Origin: Somniosus microcephalus | Lineage: Eukaryota | Direction: 5' to 3' | Length of the DNA: 64,000 nt | Assembly (NCBI GenBank): GCA_052327205.1 | Contig: CM126207.1 | Span: 192,634,001-192,698,000 of the forward strand | Shown: positions 62,080 through 64,000 of the stretch, piece after piece | Numbering within the stretch: the first letter of the stretch is position 1 | Layout: each line of letters opens with the position of its first letter | Position numbers and translations under genes: made by a program | The notes under the pieces: generated by a model | What the model saw: only the letters and a program-made list of their open reading frames with translations | Databases searched by the model: none | What the model was told of the DNA's origin: nothing

Positions 62080-63710
62080 TAAGAACATAAGAAATAAGAG
62101 CAGGAGTAGGCCATACGGCTCCTCGAGCCTGCTCGCCATTCAATAAGATCATGGCTGATCATCGACCTCCACTCCACTTTCCTGCCTGATCTCCTCCATA
62201 TCCCTTGATTCCCCTAGAGTTCAAAAATCAATCTATCTCAGCCTTGAATATACTCAAAAGACTCAGCATCCACAGCCCTCTGGGGCAGAGAATTCCTAAG
62301 ATTCACAACCATTTGAGTGAAGAAATTCCTCCTCTTAGTCTTAAATGGCCTACCCCTTATCCTGAGACTATGCCCCCTAGTTCTAGACACTCCAGCCAGG
62401 AGAAAGAACCTCAGCATCTAACCTGTCAATCCCCTTCAGATTCTTGTATATTTCAATGAGATCACCTCATTGTTCTAAACTCCAGAGAGTATAGGCCCAT
62501 TTGACACAATCTCTCATCCCAGGAATCAATCTAGTGAACCTTTGTTGCACTGCCTTCAAGGCAAGTATATCCTTCCTTAGATAAGGAGACCAAAACTCTG
62601 CACAGTACTCTAGGTGTGGTCTCACCAAAGCCCTGTACAATTGTAGCAAGACTTCCTTGCTCTTATATGCCAACCCCCTTGCAATAAAGGCCAACATGCC
62701 ATTTGCCTTCCTTATTGCTTGCTGTACCTGCATGCTAGCTTTCTGTTTCTTGCACGAGGGTATCCAAATCTCTCTGAACACCAACATTTGAAAGTTTATC
62801 ATATAAAAAATATTCTGTTTTTCTACTTACCAAAGTGAATAACCTCACATTTCCCTACATTATACTCCATCTGCCACCTTACTGCCCACTCACTTAGTCT
62901 ATCTATATCCCTTTGCAGATTTTTTTTTTTGTGTTCTCATCACAGCTTACTGTCCCACCTAGCTTTGTATCATCAGCAAACTTGGATACATTACACTTGG
63001 TCCCTTCATCTAGGTCATTAATATAGATTGTAAATAGTTGAGGCCTCAACACTGATCCTTGCTGCACCCCACTAGTTACAGCCTGCCAACCTGAAAAAAT
63101 CTGTTTATCCCTACCCTGTTTTCTGTCTGTTAACCAATCCTCTATCCATGCTACTATATTACCCCCAACCCCATGAGCCCTAATCTTGTGCAATAACCTT
63201 TTATGTGGCACCTTAACAAATGCCTTTTGGAAATCCAAATATACTACATTCACTGGTTCCCCTTTATCTACCCTGCTAGTTACATCCTCAAAAAACTCTA
63301 ATAAATTTGTCAAACATGATTTCCCTTTCATAAAATCATGTTGACTCTGCCTAATCATGTTATGATTTTCTAAGTGACTTGATACCACTTCCTTAACAAT
63401 GGATTCCAGCATTTTCCTGATGACTGATGTCCGGCTAGCTGGCCTGTAGTTGCCTGTTCTTTCTCTTCCCTCCTTTCTTGAGTTACATTTGTGACCTTTC
63501 AATCTACTGGGACCATTCCAGAATGTAGGGAATCTTGGAAGATCAAAACCAATGCATCCACTATCTCTTCAGCCACCTCTTTGAACCCTAGGATGTAGGC
63601 CGTCAGGTCCAGGGGATTTGTCTGCTTTTAGTCCCATTTGTTTCTCTTTCTCTACTTGTATTAATTACGTTAAGTTCCTCACCCTCATTAGACCCTTGGT
63701 TCCCCACCAT
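62080..63710 (-). mobile_element. CR1 LINE, 5'-truncated
   Basis: GNYRP, LDFQKAF, QGSVL.PQLFTIYINDLD, KFADDTKL, LVRPHLEYC. Confidence 0.87.
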
Positions 63711-63809
63711 TAGAAAATATGCATGTATGAGCATGACACATGATTTGTTCACTAGTCCTATCACCATCTCGTCTCGTGTTTTGAATACCTAATGTCTCTT
63801 CTCTTTTGT

Positions 63810-63955
63810 TCTCTCCCAGCCTGGCCTCTTGATCTATTTCATTTCCTGTGCTTCTTTAGTCTTGACAAAGGGTTTTCACCCAAAACGTTGACTCTATTTT
63901 CTCTCCACGGATGTTGCCTGGCCTGCTGAGTTTCTCCAGCATTTTCTGTTATTTT
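63810..63955 (+). mobile_element. Penelope-like 3' tail fragment
   Basis: ctctccacggatgttgcctggcctgctgagtttctccagcattttctgtt matches the tail at 33140-33200. Confidence 0.65.
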
Positions 63956-64000
63956 ACATGATTTCTTATGCTTGAGATTCATTCAGGATACTGAGTTGAT

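Overview
Vertebrate genomic DNA, most likely a cartilaginous fish (HE1/V-SINEs, shark-type CR1, L2 and Penelope repeats). About 29 kb of heavily nested transposons lie upstream of the promoter and first coding exon of GLG1 (29345-29803, +); the rest of the window looks like repeat-rich GLG1 intron 1. Five LTR retrotransposons have clear LTR pairs and target-site duplications (TSDs). The standout is a young non-autonomous LTR family present twice (15748-19385 minus; 21484-25105 plus), each copy with apparently identical LTRs. RT, RNase H and integrase are replaced by an in-frame C-terminal extension of Gag-protease that appears to be built from fragments of three host genes: STK10/SLK coiled coil, optineurin coiled coil, and DNAJC21 zinc finger plus basic tail. 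A related full-length Gypsy (7813-12832) shares its PBS, Gag-PR and leader motifs. Other oddities: a 2.76 kb Penelope palindrome with a single TSD in GLG1 intron 1, a Tx1 3'-end array with an apparent target motif, a Gypsy with a possible self-priming PBS and YLDN RT motif, and a Gag+integrase-only LTR element. Host-protein and repeat-family assignments come from remembered sequences, not database searches.
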